From assembly GCA_963841015.1 (NCBI GenBank), contig CAWJAX010000003.1:32001-96000 (forward strand): a stretch of 64,000 nt of DNA. The letters are read 5' to 3'. The translations under genes and the position numbers were made by a program. Positions 9,733 to 19,857 of this stretch are shown one piece after another; position 1 is the stretch's first letter; each line of letters begins with the position of its first letter. This DNA is from an uncultured Methanoregulaceae archaeon (lineage in GTDB: Archaea; Halobacteriota; Methanomicrobia; Methanomicrobiales; Methanospirillaceae). The notes under the pieces were generated by a model. That model had not been told where the DNA came from and did not search any database. It saw nothing but the letters and a program-made list of their open reading frames with translations.

Positions 9733-10590
9733 TCACTTGTCTTTTTCTGACTTTTGTTGCATCGCTTTTTCAAGAAGCGCCTTCACCTTCTCTGGATCGC
9801 GTATTCCATACAAACTGACAAGTGGATTGTGTAATCCTTGTTCCCAACGCACGGTAGATGACGAATCGGTATCGGGATAGACTTTGTCACCGGTTACATG
9901 TCGACCTCTCATATCTATCTGAGAAATCCCGAATACTAATCCCGCAGGGACGATGGTCCCGAAATGGAAAAAGTGTCCCAGACGACCCTGTACAAGAACT
10001 AATCGTTCGATCTGGTGGAGGGGGATTAAATTCTCTACCAGGTTCCAGAGACCTCCAGTAATTATCACGACGTCCCGGGTGATTGTGTAGGTTACGGACC
10101 GCCGGAATAATTCGATTCCTGTAATTACAATCAGCGAAGCAATAACACTAAAAGGCTGGATCAGGTATGCTATCCAACGGAAAAGGTCAAACAGGTAACT
10201 GGTTGAAAGTGTCGGAATTCCCATGTATACCAGTCCGCTGATTACACTCATTATTAATGCAAGGCCTGCGCCTATCCATATTTCCGGACGGTTCAATATA
10301 TCGCCAAGAAAGATAAAAAAAAGGAAGATACAGATGGGCGCTATCAGATACGCGAAGAGCTGGACAAATATATCCAGATCAGGAACAATCGTCCCCAGGG
10401 GACCTACAAGCGAATGAGGAAATGACTTACCTGCACCGAGCATAATATTCAGGATAATCCCCGAGAGGGCTGCCAGAAAGATGGGTGTGAAGCCCAGGAT
10501 ATATTTGTGTATGAATCCTCGTGGAGCCGGATGGGTAATGAAAAGGACCGGTCCATATACTCCAACCATCTCCTTTGCTGGTCTTACCAT
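9733..10590 (-). CDS. membrane protein with a bacterial PH (bPH_2)-like domain
   Basis: Four TM segments, then YTITRDVVIITGG..IPLHQI..QG..FGTI..GIRDPEKV. Confidence 0.7.
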   Translation of the reverse strand: MVRPAKEMVGVYGPVLFITHPAPRGFIHKYILGFTPIFLAALSGIILNIMLGAGKSFPHSLVGPLGTIVPDLDIFVQLFAYLIAPICIFLFFIFLGDILNRPEIWIGAGLALIMSVISGLVYMGIPTLSTSYLFDLFRWIAYLIQPFSVIASLIVITGIELFRRSVTYTITRDVVIITGGLWNLVENLIPLHQIERLVLVQGRLGHFFHFGTIVPAGLVFGISQIDMRGRHVTGDKVYPDTDSSSTVRWEQGLHNPLVSLYGIRDPEKVKALLEKAMQQKSEKDK

Positions 10591-10867
10591 ATACCGGCTC
10601 TTTATTTTATTATATATTTAAATATATCTATTTACGGATACGCTCATTTAAACATTAAATTGAGAAAAAATTATCATTATTGTTACATTTTCAGGAAATA
10701 TTTCATAAACCATCCAGATGCACAGATCTGAGAATATTTATGCATTGCCTCCATATTGTCCACGGTCAGTGAGAGGAATCGTTCCGTGGAGTTTTTTTGT
10801 TTTTTAAAAATCCTGAAGAGTGTACTTGGCAAATTTTTTTATCCGAAAACACTATTCAATTCTCTTC

Positions 10868-11044
10868 ATGGGAACAGACATTGATTGTTACGAGTGTCTT
10901 GTTTGCGGCTATATCTATGACCCTGAAGCCGGAGATCCGACAGGAAGTATCCCGTCAGGTGTGAATTTTTTAAGCCTGCCCGACGACTGGCTCTGCCCGG
11001 AGTGCAGCGCCGGGAAAGATGAGTTTGCACTTGTGGAACTCTAA
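10868..11044 (+). CDS. rubredoxin
   Basis: YECLVCGYIYDP..GD..LPDDWLCPECSAGKDEF. Confidence 0.92.
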   Translation: MGTDIDCYECLVCGYIYDPEAGDPTGSIPSGVNFLSLPDDWLCPECSAGKDEFALVEL

Positions 11045-11275
11045 TCCAGTTTACCCGCGATACAAAATTACCCCTATGCGATGGTAAACGTGTCCTGAGT
11101 TCATTTCCGGGATAGGCAAAATGTCGTGAGGCAGCGATCGAACAGCCACGGTAAAGGTACTCTTTTTCTCAAACTCGGTATCCGCTTGCATAAATACCTC
11201 CGACATACCAGATACCGATCGGTGGGCTGATTGTGGAGAACAAAGAAACAATGCAAGGAAAATACCTGTCCCTTG

Positions 11276-12682
11276 TTACCCCTTTTTATTTGGACAGGTT
11301 CCTTCACAGTTTTCCCGGACCGATCCCCGTACCAGGGAGAAAAAGATACCACAGCAGCACAGCAGGGCAAAGAAGGTGAAACCTGTCTGTATACTCATGA
11401 GAATCTGGGTACCAACTTCCGGTGTAATCATGACACGGCCGACGAAAACAGAGATGATCACCATTGCAATACCCATGGACAACATCTGGCCAACAAGACG
11501 CATCGTGCCCAGGGTGCCGGACGCCACACCGTAATACGGTTTTGTCACCGAACTCATGATCGCATTGGTGTTGGGTGATGAAAAGAAAGCAAAACCCAGC
11601 CCGAGCAGGATGAGCGTGCCGATCAGGTACGTAAGGGATGTGTCAGCTGAAAGGAACGAGAGAAGAAACAACCCGCCGGCAGTTATTGCCATCCCCACTG
11701 ATGCAATCCAGCCCGGCTCAATGCGGTCCGAGAGCCTGCCGGCAAAGGATGAGAACAGAGCCTGCACAACCGGCTGGGTAACAAGGATGGTCCCGGCAAC
11801 CGCAGGTGAAAATAATCTGATATACTGCAGGTAAAAGGAGAGGAAAAACGTAACGGAAAAAGTGGCACTGTAATTGATAAGGGCTGCAAGATTGGAAAAC
11901 GCAAATACCCGGTTTTTCAAAAACAGTGACAGGTTAATAAGCGGGCTTGGGATATGGTGCTCCCACCAGATAAACGCGGCGAGGACCAGTGTGCCCGCAA
12001 CGACAAGGACGACACCGGAAACATTTGGCAGGTGAGAGAACCCGTACATTACGCAGACCAGTGCAAATCCATATAACAGTGCCCCAGGAATGTCAAATGA
12101 TTCTCCGCGAGCATCAGCCCATTCACCCTCAAGTTTTGTGCGGATGATGGCAAGTATCAGGATACCCAGCGGAACGTTCACCAAAAAAATACTGCGCCAG
12201 CCGAAACTGGTGACAAGAAAACCGCCAAGGAACGGTCCCATTGAAAGGCCGAGATAGACCGCTGTTGTGTAGATCCCGAGCGCTTTTCCCCGTTCCTGGG
12301 GTGGTGTCACTGATGTCAGGATAGCAACAGCAGTGCCAAAGATGAGTGCCGCTCCCATTCCCTGCACGATGCGGAGGAAGATGATCATGGCAGGTGACAC
12401 AGAAAATACGATGGCGAATGAGGCCAGGGTAAAAATCATAAGCCCGGCAGAAAAGATTTTTTTCCTCCCGTGAATATCTGCGATTCTGCCGAACGGTACT
12501 AAAAAGACCGCGGATGCAAGCAGATAGGCGGATGCAACCCAACCGATCGTAACAGCGTCAATAGAAAATTCGCTGGCGATGGTTGGCAGGGCGATATTGA
12601 CCGCGGAAAGGTCAAAAGGGGTCAAAAAACCAGCAAGCACTGCGATTAAAAGGGCAATCTTTTTTGGTTCCAGTATTACCAT
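11276..12682 (-). CDS. MFS drug/H+ antiporter, DHA2-like (14 TM)
   Basis: AVNIALPTI, GRIADIHGRKK motif A, GWRSIFLVNVPLG. Confidence 0.9.
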   Translation of the reverse strand: MVILEPKKIALLIAVLAGFLTPFDLSAVNIALPTIASEFSIDAVTIGWVASAYLLASAVFLVPFGRIADIHGRKKIFSAGLMIFTLASFAIVFSVSPAMIIFLRIVQGMGAALIFGTAVAILTSVTPPQERGKALGIYTTAVYLGLSMGPFLGGFLVTSFGWRSIFLVNVPLGILILAIIRTKLEGEWADARGESFDIPGALLYGFALVCVMYGFSHLPNVSGVVLVVAGTLVLAAFIWWEHHIPSPLINLSLFLKNRVFAFSNLAALINYSATFSVTFFLSFYLQYIRLFSPAVAGTILVTQPVVQALFSSFAGRLSDRIEPGWIASVGMAITAGGLFLLSFLSADTSLTYLIGTLILLGLGFAFFSSPNTNAIMSSVTKPYYGVASGTLGTMRLVGQMLSMGIAMVIISVFVGRVMITPEVGTQILMSIQTGFTFFALLCCCGIFFSLVRGSVRENCEGTCPNKKG

Positions 12683-12745
12683 AAAAAAATCCTTACGGGT
12701 AGGTGGGAGCTCTCAGCGCAATTAAGGTAACGAAGGGAAACGGAT

Positions 12746-13200
12746 TTATTCGCCCCGTTGTGCCTTCATGTCAGCTATGGTAAGCGACGGGTGGTGATAG
12801 CGCCCGCGTTTTTTGGTTTTCGGTCCGTACTGGATCGCTTCGACCGGGCAGATGTGGATACAGGCACAACAGAGTTCGCAGTGGTGTTTCCAGACCGGTT
12901 TTTCCGCTATCATTTCTATGTTCTTCACCGGGCAGACTGCGGCACAGGTTCCGCAGGAAGTGCATCTCCCGTCTGCAATAAAGTTCTTGTCGGCATCATG
13001 GATGCTTCTGATAAAACCCTCATACATAAACCGTTTCAGAAGCGCTGAAAGGAGGGGAATGTCTGGTCGCACAATAAGTCATTTGTAGATACTGGCTGCA
13101 ATCTCCCTGAAACGCTGATCTGCATCTTCAAGAAGTTTTTCCCTTTTTGCCCCTTTCACAGGATCATAGAGCGGAACAAAGTTTCCTATCATCCTGACAA
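12746..13200 (-). pseudogene. truncated EFR1-type flavodoxin/ferredoxin remnant
   Basis: 2x[4Fe-4S] motifs CTSCGTCAAVCP and CELCCACIHICP; upstream in-frame VRMIGNFVPLYD..; in-frame TGA at 13079-13081; N-terminal flavodoxin part missing. Confidence 0.7.
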
Positions 13201-13242
13201 CAATTTCTCCAGAGGTAAAAAATAATTGATTTTCCAGATTCC

Positions 13243-14124
13243 TCAGACGTTGATATTCAGCACCGTTCTTATGAGTACACCGATAATAAAGGATATCGCG
13301 GCAATCCCAAGACTGATGACGAGCATCTCAGCAAAGCGTCTCCAGAAAGGAAGATCCTTGGCCACGGATATGTAGAACGTAAACAGGAATATTACCATTA
13401 CAGCACCGAGCAGGGTAAGCATAAGAGCATAAAACGGGCTGGTAAAGATAAGAAATGGCAGGATAAGCAGGGCTACCGTTACAATATAAGCAACTCCGGT
13501 ATACACTGATGCCTTGACCGGGTCTGTTGGTCCCCCGTCCGATCTTTGCGAAAGGTACTCAGATGCCCCCATCGAAAGCGAGGCTGCAACTCCCATGATC
13601 AGGCCAACAACCGCAATGATCTGCGTGTTCTGGATGGCAAACGTGAGCCCGGCAAGCGTTCCGGTAAATTCAACAAGAGCATCATTGAGTCCGAGCACAA
13701 CCGAACCAACATATTTTAAACGCTCTTCATCGATGAGAGCAATGAGTTCGCGCTCGTGGGTTTCTTCATTTATAAGAATCGTCTGTATTTCGGGAATTGT
13801 TCCGACGAGGGCTTTGTCATACGACTGGGCACTCTTTTCCACCCCTTCCATGAGTTTAATTGCAAAGGTGATGCCCAAAATACGGGCGATCAGGTAATAG
13901 AACCAGATGCGGCTGGTACTGGGTGCCACATCCTGGTGAGTATACTGTTTCCATATCCCGTAATGCCCAAGTTCATCCTGAGCAATTCGGTTCAAAACTT
14001 CACGGTTGTGGGGATCTTTTTGCGCCGCAGCGATTTTTGAATAAATATGGTATTCACTGATCTCACCCTGTTGCATGATGAGGAGGTTTTGTAAAAGGGC
14101 CGGTTCCATGGGGGATTCAGTCAT
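13243..14124 (-). CDS. rubrerythrin-like N-domain plus VIT1/CCC1 iron transporter
   Basis: ExxH motifs (DELGH, EETHE); VLGLNDALVE, SMGASEYLS. Confidence 0.88.
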   Translation of the reverse strand: MTESPMEPALLQNLLIMQQGEISEYHIYSKIAAAQKDPHNREVLNRIAQDELGHYGIWKQYTHQDVAPSTSRIWFYYLIARILGITFAIKLMEGVEKSAQSYDKALVGTIPEIQTILINEETHERELIALIDEERLKYVGSVVLGLNDALVEFTGTLAGLTFAIQNTQIIAVVGLIMGVAASLSMGASEYLSQRSDGGPTDPVKASVYTGVAYIVTVALLILPFLIFTSPFYALMLTLLGAVMVIFLFTFYISVAKDLPFWRRFAEMLVISLGIAAISFIIGVLIRTVLNINV

Positions 14125-14289
14125 GAACACTATCCGATATGCAGGACAGGTCTTTAAACTCTGCGACATTATGTGCCGGATGGTTTAAAAGACCAGCATG
14201 ACAGAAGCGGATATTGCTACATTGGATGCAATAAATGAAATACCGGAAACGAACTAATACACCCTTATTACCAAAGGAGGTTAGAAAGC

Positions 14290-14910
14290 ATGGAAGCAGG
14301 CAAGGGATATTCTCTACCAAAACTTCCCTATGGGTATAAGGCTCTGGCTCCTTATATCTCGGAAGAACAACTTACATTGCACCACCAGAAACATCACCAG
14401 GCATATGTAACGGGTGCAAATGCTCTCCTGGAAAAACTCGACAAGGCGCGAAAGGACAATACCGATCTGGACATGAAAGCAACTTTGAAAGAACTTTCCT
14501 TTCATATCGGGGGTTACCGGCTGCATACACTGTTCTGGGAAAATCTCGCACCGGCCGGTGTTGGTGGCGGAGGAGTACCCAAGGACGAACTTGCACAAGC
14601 CATAGATGCAGAGTTCGGGAAATTTGACCGGTTCAAAAAGGAGTTTTCCCAGGCTGCGTCAAGTGCCGAAGGATCGGGTTGGGCAGTATTAACCTATTGC
14701 ATGAATACCGGGCGGCTCTTCATCATGCAGCTTGAGAAGCACAATGTCAACGTGATACCTGGATACCGGATCCTTATGGCACTCGATGTCTGGGAGCACG
14801 CTTACTATCTTGATTACAAGAATGACCGGGCGAAGTTTATCGATGCATTCTGGAGTCTTGTGAACTGGGAAGAAGTGAATGCCCGGTTTGTGACGCATTT
14901 GAAAAAGTAA
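14290..14910 (+). CDS. sod: Fe/Mn superoxide dismutase
   Basis: [24 protein letters not shown]; GGAGG RBS. Confidence 0.95.
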   Translation: MEAGKGYSLPKLPYGYKALAPYISEEQLTLHHQKHHQAYVTGANALLEKLDKARKDNTDLDMKATLKELSFHIGGYRLHTLFWENLAPAGVGGGGVPKDELAQAIDAEFGKFDRFKKEFSQAASSAEGSGWAVLTYCMNTGRLFIMQLEKHNVNVIPGYRILMALDVWEHAYYLDYKNDRAKFIDAFWSLVNWEEVNARFVTHLKK

Positions 14911-14951
14911 TTTTTTTTTAGTTTGTGGTATCTCTTTTTCAAACGATATAT

Positions 14952-15045
14952 GAAGGAGGGCGCAGTGCCTGTCCACTTTTACTGCCCCAGCGCTCAAGAA
15001 GCGATGATGACGAATTATCTGTTCAGGAGTCAGAGCATTCGGGGA
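14952..15045. repeat. dispersed intergenic repeat, segment X copy 1
   Basis: Aligns with 30655-30745 (gaaggagggYgcagtKcctgtcc..gcgYtcaaga..cgatgatgRcgMatt..ctgttc). Confidence 0.7.
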
Positions 15046-15111
15046 AGCCAAAGCGGCGGGCATGAAACCTCTGTTAAGCGTTTTGCTTTTTCATTGAGCA
15101 TTTCCCTATGA

Positions 15112-15321
15112 AAATCGTAGTATTCGGATATGATGCGGGGATTGTTACCCCTCTGTCCATTAGTTACGATGTATGCCGCCGCCCTTGACCGGGCGCCCCC
15201 GGGGCGGATCGTTGACTGAAATGGAAAAAAACACTTCATGCCCGCCGTGCCTTAGAGAGGTCATAAGTCAGGTGTCCTTTGTATTGGGAATGATTTTCAT
15301 GGATCGGTGTGACCCAACTCG
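15112..15321. repeat. dispersed intergenic repeat, segment Y copy 1
   Basis: Aligns colinearly with 18291-18497 (ggggattgttaccc, gccc-N6-gggcgc, tgcccgccRtgcc, gagagg, gattttcatgg, gtgtga). Confidence 0.75.
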
Positions 15322-15444
15322 ATTCATATCAGTTACTGCAGAGCCGACATATGTGCCAAAGGCAAGTGTACTGGACCCTACCATGGCGTAACTGGATACT
15401 ACTCTCAGAGAATGGATTTAAAAAGGAAGGAGAGATCCGGCATT

Positions 15445-17433
15445 TTACCGGATTTTCGATCCGGGTTCTACAGGTTTTAAGGGTGTGAGCAGTGATGCCG
15501 AATCCCCGGCGGCAAGGATCATGCCATTGCTCTCTACACCGAATATTTTTACCGGTGCAAGGTTGGTGACAACAACCACATGCCTGCCTGTCAGTTCATC
15601 AGGTTTGTAGAACTGCTGCATACCTGCCACGATCTGGCGGGTTTCACCCCCGATATCGACCTGTAATTTCAGGAGCTTGTTCGATTTCGGAACAGGTTCT
15701 GCGGACAGCACTTTTCCCGTCCTGATATCAAGTTTCTGGAATTCCTCGATAGTAACCATGGGTGTCTTCTCCCTCTTTTTATTGGCTTCTGCCACACGCT
15801 TCTGGAGCAGTGCATCGAGTTCCTTTACCTGATCCTCTTCCATCTTTGCAAAGAGTGGTACTGGAACCCGGATGCCTGTTTCAGGAATCTGCCGGACTGC
15901 CTCGCTGATGGGGTGCTCTGAGATATTGTCGTTACACCCCAGCATTGACCAGCATTCCTGCGCTTTTGCCGGGATGACCGGTTCGATGAGAAGGGCGACG
16001 GCTTTCACTATCTGAATGCAGTTCTTGATCACCTGTGACGCTGCTTCACGGTCTGTCTTGATAAGCTTCCAGGGTGCGTTTGTCTGGATGTACGTATTGC
16101 CAAACGCAGCCAGCGCCATTATCGCATCCACCGCTCCCTTGAACTCATACTCCCGCATAAGCCGGTCAACGTTCACCAGGCTCTTTTCGATCTCTGCAAT
16201 AATGGCAGGATCGGCCGGGCAGGAAGGAACACCGTTGAACTCTTTGTGAGCGAAGAACAGCGTACGGTACACAAAGTTTCCAAAGATGTTGACAACTTCA
16301 TTATTGATCCTCTCTGAGAAGACCTTCCAGGAAAAATTCAGTTCTTTGGTGTGGCTTGTATACGCAAGCAGGTAGTAGCGGAGGTAGTCTGCAGGTAACC
16401 CCTTATCGAGGTAGTCATCATTCGTCCAGACAACATATCCCCGGGATTTTGAGAACTTGTGATCATCGACCTTGACCATCCCGCTGGCAACGATCGCATG
16501 CGGTACACCGTACCCTGCTGCTTTTAAGAGGGCCGGCCAGAAAATGCTGTGGTGATAGATAATATCACCACCAATGAAATGGGTGACCCTGTTTTCACCG
16601 CACCAGTACCGCTTCCAGTCTTTGCCCGCCTTCTTTGCCCACTCCTCGGTGAATGCAATATATCCAATCGGAGCGTCGACCCAGACATAGACCACGAGAT
16701 CGTCGCGGCCAGGGAACTTCACTCCCCATTCAAGCGTGCGGGTGATGCACCAGTCGTGGAGTTCATCTTTTATCCAGCCGATCGCATAGTTCTTCGCGTT
16801 GCTTGTTCCCCGCAGCGTGTCAAGATAGGGAAGAAGGAACTCCTTGAACTCCGAGAGTTTAAAAAAATAATGTTCCTGGTCCCGGAACTCCGCTTTCGTC
16901 CCGCAAACCTTGCAGATCGGATCTTTGATTTCTCCGGGCTCAAGGTGCTTACCGCATCCCTGATCACATTCGTCGCCCCGTGCCTGCGTCCCGCAGTGTG
17001 GACAGATGCCTTCCACGTACCTGTCGGGGAGAAATCTCCTGCATTTCGTGCAATATGCCTGGTGAACAACCTGTTTATAGATATAGCCTTTTTTGATGAG
17101 TTCGGATACAATTGATGTTGTCCGGTAGTGGGTCGCAGGGTCATCGGTCATTCCAAACCTGTCGAATAATACCTCCATCCGTTTGAAAGTCTCATCGAAA
17201 TGCTGGTGATACCGTTCAGAAAGTGCTCGCGGGGAGACCCCTGCTTCCTCAGCCGAGACGACAATAGGGGTCCCATGATTGTCCGAACCGCAGACAAAGA
17301 CAACCTCCTCGCCTGCCCGCCGCATGTAGCGGACGTAAGCGTCAGCAGGCACGTACGTTCGCAGATGTCCGAGATGGCAGGGGCCGTTGGTGTAAGGCAA
17401 CCCGCAGGTGACCAGCAGCGGTGGTGGATTCAT
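15445..17433 (-). CDS. metG: methionine--tRNA ligase with C-terminal tRNA-binding domain
   Basis: PYTNGPCHLGH (HIGH), KFSKS (KMSKS), Zn knuckles, C-terminal OB fold. Confidence 0.96.
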   Translation of the reverse strand: MNPPPLLVTCGLPYTNGPCHLGHLRTYVPADAYVRYMRRAGEEVVFVCGSDNHGTPIVVSAEEAGVSPRALSERYHQHFDETFKRMEVLFDRFGMTDDPATHYRTTSIVSELIKKGYIYKQVVHQAYCTKCRRFLPDRYVEGICPHCGTQARGDECDQGCGKHLEPGEIKDPICKVCGTKAEFRDQEHYFFKLSEFKEFLLPYLDTLRGTSNAKNYAIGWIKDELHDWCITRTLEWGVKFPGRDDLVVYVWVDAPIGYIAFTEEWAKKAGKDWKRYWCGENRVTHFIGGDIIYHHSIFWPALLKAAGYGVPHAIVASGMVKVDDHKFSKSRGYVVWTNDDYLDKGLPADYLRYYLLAYTSHTKELNFSWKVFSERINNEVVNIFGNFVYRTLFFAHKEFNGVPSCPADPAIIAEIEKSLVNVDRLMREYEFKGAVDAIMALAAFGNTYIQTNAPWKLIKTDREAASQVIKNCIQIVKAVALLIEPVIPAKAQECWSMLGCNDNISEHPISEAVRQIPETGIRVPVPLFAKMEEDQVKELDALLQKRVAEANKKREKTPMVTIEEFQKLDIRTGKVLSAEPVPKSNKLLKLQVDIGGETRQIVAGMQQFYKPDELTGRHVVVVTNLAPVKIFGVESNGMILAAGDSASLLTPLKPVEPGSKIR

Positions 17434-17472
17434 CAGTACTTTTTAGATGCTTATGAGTAATAATATCTGTAT

Positions 17473-18264
17473 ATGGTAAAGCGGCTGAAACTGGCAACCC
17501 GGGCTTTTGGGGCAGAGCCAGGTTTGCCGGAGGTTATCGCACTCGCAGCATGGATTGCAGCGAATCGAGGAACCGCCGCAGATATCATTACCTACCTTCT
17601 TGACCAGTCGCTTGAACCGCAGGTATCTGCAGGAATTATGGCACCCTGCGCAGGGGGCCGGTTCTATAAAAACCGGATTCTGCACTGCCTGCTCGGCGTA
17701 AAAGGTGGGAAGGCAACCGGTGAAATTGGCCTGGATTCTCACACAATCAGTGAGGATGCTGCGGGTATTCTTGTACAGAAAAAAGGTGTCTGGTGCGCCC
17801 TGCCTGCCCCTCATGTCCTTGGGATCACTGATGCGTACTATGATGATGAATATGAGTGGAATGATGCAATCACCAGCACGTACCGGACTCTGATGCGCTC
17901 GATGAGGGATGTGGGTATCAGTGGGCATGTGCTTATCTGTGATTGTATATCCGAACCTGAGATCACCTCACTCGTCCGGCAGAATGTCTTCTTTTTCCAG
18001 CCAAAGCCAGACAGAGAAAGTCTTGTATGCCTGCTGGAACACCAGCGGCAGATCGCAGTTCGCAGGGATCAGCTCGACACCCTGATCGATCTTTCCAGCG
18101 AGTACGATCTCCGGAAGATTATTCTCATCGATCCTGACCAGGAATCCATAACGGATGCACTTGCGAGTCTTGATCCGGATCAGGTCAGTGTTGGCGGATA
18201 CTGTACGGACCTGTGCGAAAATTACTGGAAAAATCTGGTGGATGTGGCAGTCTACTCTAAGTGA
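17473..18264 (+). CDS. hypothetical protein, possibly a degenerate MetE/UroD-like barrel
   Basis: Long ORF divergent from metG; ALPAPHVL..DAYYDD..MRDVGISGHVL loosely resembles the MetE C-terminal barrel. Confidence 0.55.
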   Translation: MVKRLKLATRAFGAEPGLPEVIALAAWIAANRGTAADIITYLLDQSLEPQVSAGIMAPCAGGRFYKNRILHCLLGVKGGKATGEIGLDSHTISEDAAGILVQKKGVWCALPAPHVLGITDAYYDDEYEWNDAITSTYRTLMRSMRDVGISGHVLICDCISEPEITSLVRQNVFFFQPKPDRESLVCLLEHQRQIAVRRDQLDTLIDLSSEYDLRKIILIDPDQESITDALASLDPDQVSVGGYCTDLCENYWKNLVDVAVYSK

Positions 18265-18290
18265 CACAGCTTCCTGATGATTTTTTAGGG

Positions 18291-18497
18291 AAATAGTAGT
18301 TTTCAGATTTTATGTGGGGATTGTTACCCGTCTAATCATTCATCATGATTATTGCCACAGCCCCCGAAAGGGCGCACCCGCTGCGGTTCGGCGAGTGAAA
18401 ATTTGAAAATCCCTGCCCGCCATGCCCGGGAGAGGCCAGGAACCCGTAGTCATTCGTTTAATGACGATTTTCATGGTTCAGGGTGTGAATCAATTCG
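18291..18497. repeat. dispersed intergenic repeat, segment Y copy 2
   Basis: Aligns with 15112-15321; lies between convergent genes. Confidence 0.75.
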
Positions 18498-18531
18498 GTT
18501 TGGGTATGTTTTCTGGTGATATTATCGAAGA

Positions 18532-19503
18532 TCAATGCGCATCAGCAATTGTCACGAACTCTTTAAAGTACCTGCTCTTCTTGAACAGCCACCAGGTGAA
18601 ACGCTCAATCATGGTAAAGTTGAAGGAGCCTCCCGCAGCGTTCGGGTGACCTCCCCCTCCGAATTCCCGTGCAATCAGGTGGCTTACCGGGGGGACTGAA
18701 CGGAGCGAGAACTTACCGTCTTTGCTGATTATCACCTCGATATCGGTCTGCCTTTCTGCGCGGATGAAATGTGCCGTCTCGCTCGGGTAACCATAGAGCG
18801 GGGCAAAGGCAATTCTGTACTTGCTTCCGGTGATGGTCGCGTATCTCAGGCTCTGGTGCATCATCGAGTCCATCTCGGCTTTGATCTCCGCATATTCCTG
18901 TTCGATGAATGCGTCACTGAATATCCCGGCAACGAGGCAGTCCCGCACGTGGTCCCGGTTTTTCTTGCGCTGGAGCACCTGGCCAAGAACTGCTGACCGG
19001 GGATCGGCATGCTTCCAGAGATCATAATCGCAGACAACGCGTGCAACCTCAGCGGCAACTGAGTTTTCCGGTGTAAGATCGCGTGCAACAATTCCACATG
19101 CGCACACTTCGGTATCAATGCGGAGCAAAGTCACCTCCCGGGTGACTTTTTTTATTTCATCCTCACGCCAGCGGTGATGGTCCCGCCATTCTACGTCCCA
19201 TCCATTTGCCCGCGCCTTTCCTGCAATTGTTTCAGTATCCTTCTGATAGCCGAGATCCGAAATAGAGAGCAGATCTCCTTTCCCTTTACAGGATGCAACC
19301 AGGGAAAACAACCTGGCAAATTTTCCCACCGAACTCCAGATGGTGAACACATCATCACTGCCGTATTTTATGCGGTGGATCGCATCTGCTCCAACGGCAT
19401 CCAAATCATTGTGTGTAAGGTGAACAATATGGGCTGAACGGTTTTTAACCGCGTTTACAAGACCGGAGTCTTCACCATTGGCACTCTTATCCGGGAGCGG
19501 CAT
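18532..19503 (-). CDS. DHH/DHHA1 phosphoesterase (nanoRNase-like)
   Basis: THNDLDAVG, ISDL, RDHH, DYDLW, SLRS, GGGGHPNAAG. Confidence 0.9.
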   Translation of the reverse strand: MPLPDKSANGEDSGLVNAVKNRSAHIVHLTHNDLDAVGADAIHRIKYGSDDVFTIWSSVGKFARLFSLVASCKGKGDLLSISDLGYQKDTETIAGKARANGWDVEWRDHHRWREDEIKKVTREVTLLRIDTEVCACGIVARDLTPENSVAAEVARVVCDYDLWKHADPRSAVLGQVLQRKKNRDHVRDCLVAGIFSDAFIEQEYAEIKAEMDSMMHQSLRYATITGSKYRIAFAPLYGYPSETAHFIRAERQTDIEVIISKDGKFSLRSVPPVSHLIAREFGGGGHPNAAGGSFNFTMIERFTWWLFKKSRYFKEFVTIADAH

Positions 19504-19610
19504 CTGTTAATACTGTCATTGCAGCATATAAAAAAGAACGGTCACGTAATTTTCTGTGAGGGATACTTGCATATCATTTATTAGTCACCAGCGACAACAA
19601 TTGTACTCCT

Positions 19611-19684
19611 GCCCTAGTAGCTCAGCTTGGGAGAGCGCCAGACTGAAGATCTGGTTGTCGCCTGTTCAAATCAGGCCTGGGGCA
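19611..19684 (+). tRNA. tRNA-Phe (GAA), no encoded CCA
   Basis: Acceptor GCCCTAG/CTGGGGC, anticodon arm CCAGA-CTGAAGA-TCTGG, T arm GCCTG-TTCAAAT-CAGGC; T-run follows. Confidence 0.96.
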
Positions 19685-19763
19685 CTTTTGATTTTCATAT
19701 TTTTTTCTTTCTGACAAAATGCGTCAGTGCTGCACCATAAATCGATCACTCTTGCAGAATTTT

Positions 19764-19791
19764 TGCACCACTTGCCATAACTTCTGGTGCA
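19764..19791. promoter_or_regulatory. TGCACCA-N14-TGGTGCA palindrome upstream of the acyl-CoA synthetase
   Basis: Perfect 7-bp arms; extra half-sites at 19731-19737 and 19852-19858. Confidence 0.55.
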
Positions 19792-19857
19792 TTTTTGGAA
19801 AGGAATAAGTCCTTTCCTCTCAATTTTCTAGTATATACGTCTGGGAGAGCGTGGTGC

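Noticed and set aside
13079-13081. In-frame TGA in the ferredoxin-like gene as possible selenocysteine
   Set aside because: Not at a Cys motif position, the gene is also 5'-truncated, and no SECIS was recognised; a nonsense mutation is simpler
14923-15391. Short ORFs in the sod-metG spacer (and 18422-18649)
   Set aside because: They overlap the dispersed repeat and their frames are not conserved between copies
19685-19800. tRNA-Phe as an integration site for an island
   Set aside because: No integrase and no duplicated tRNA 3' end seen in the window
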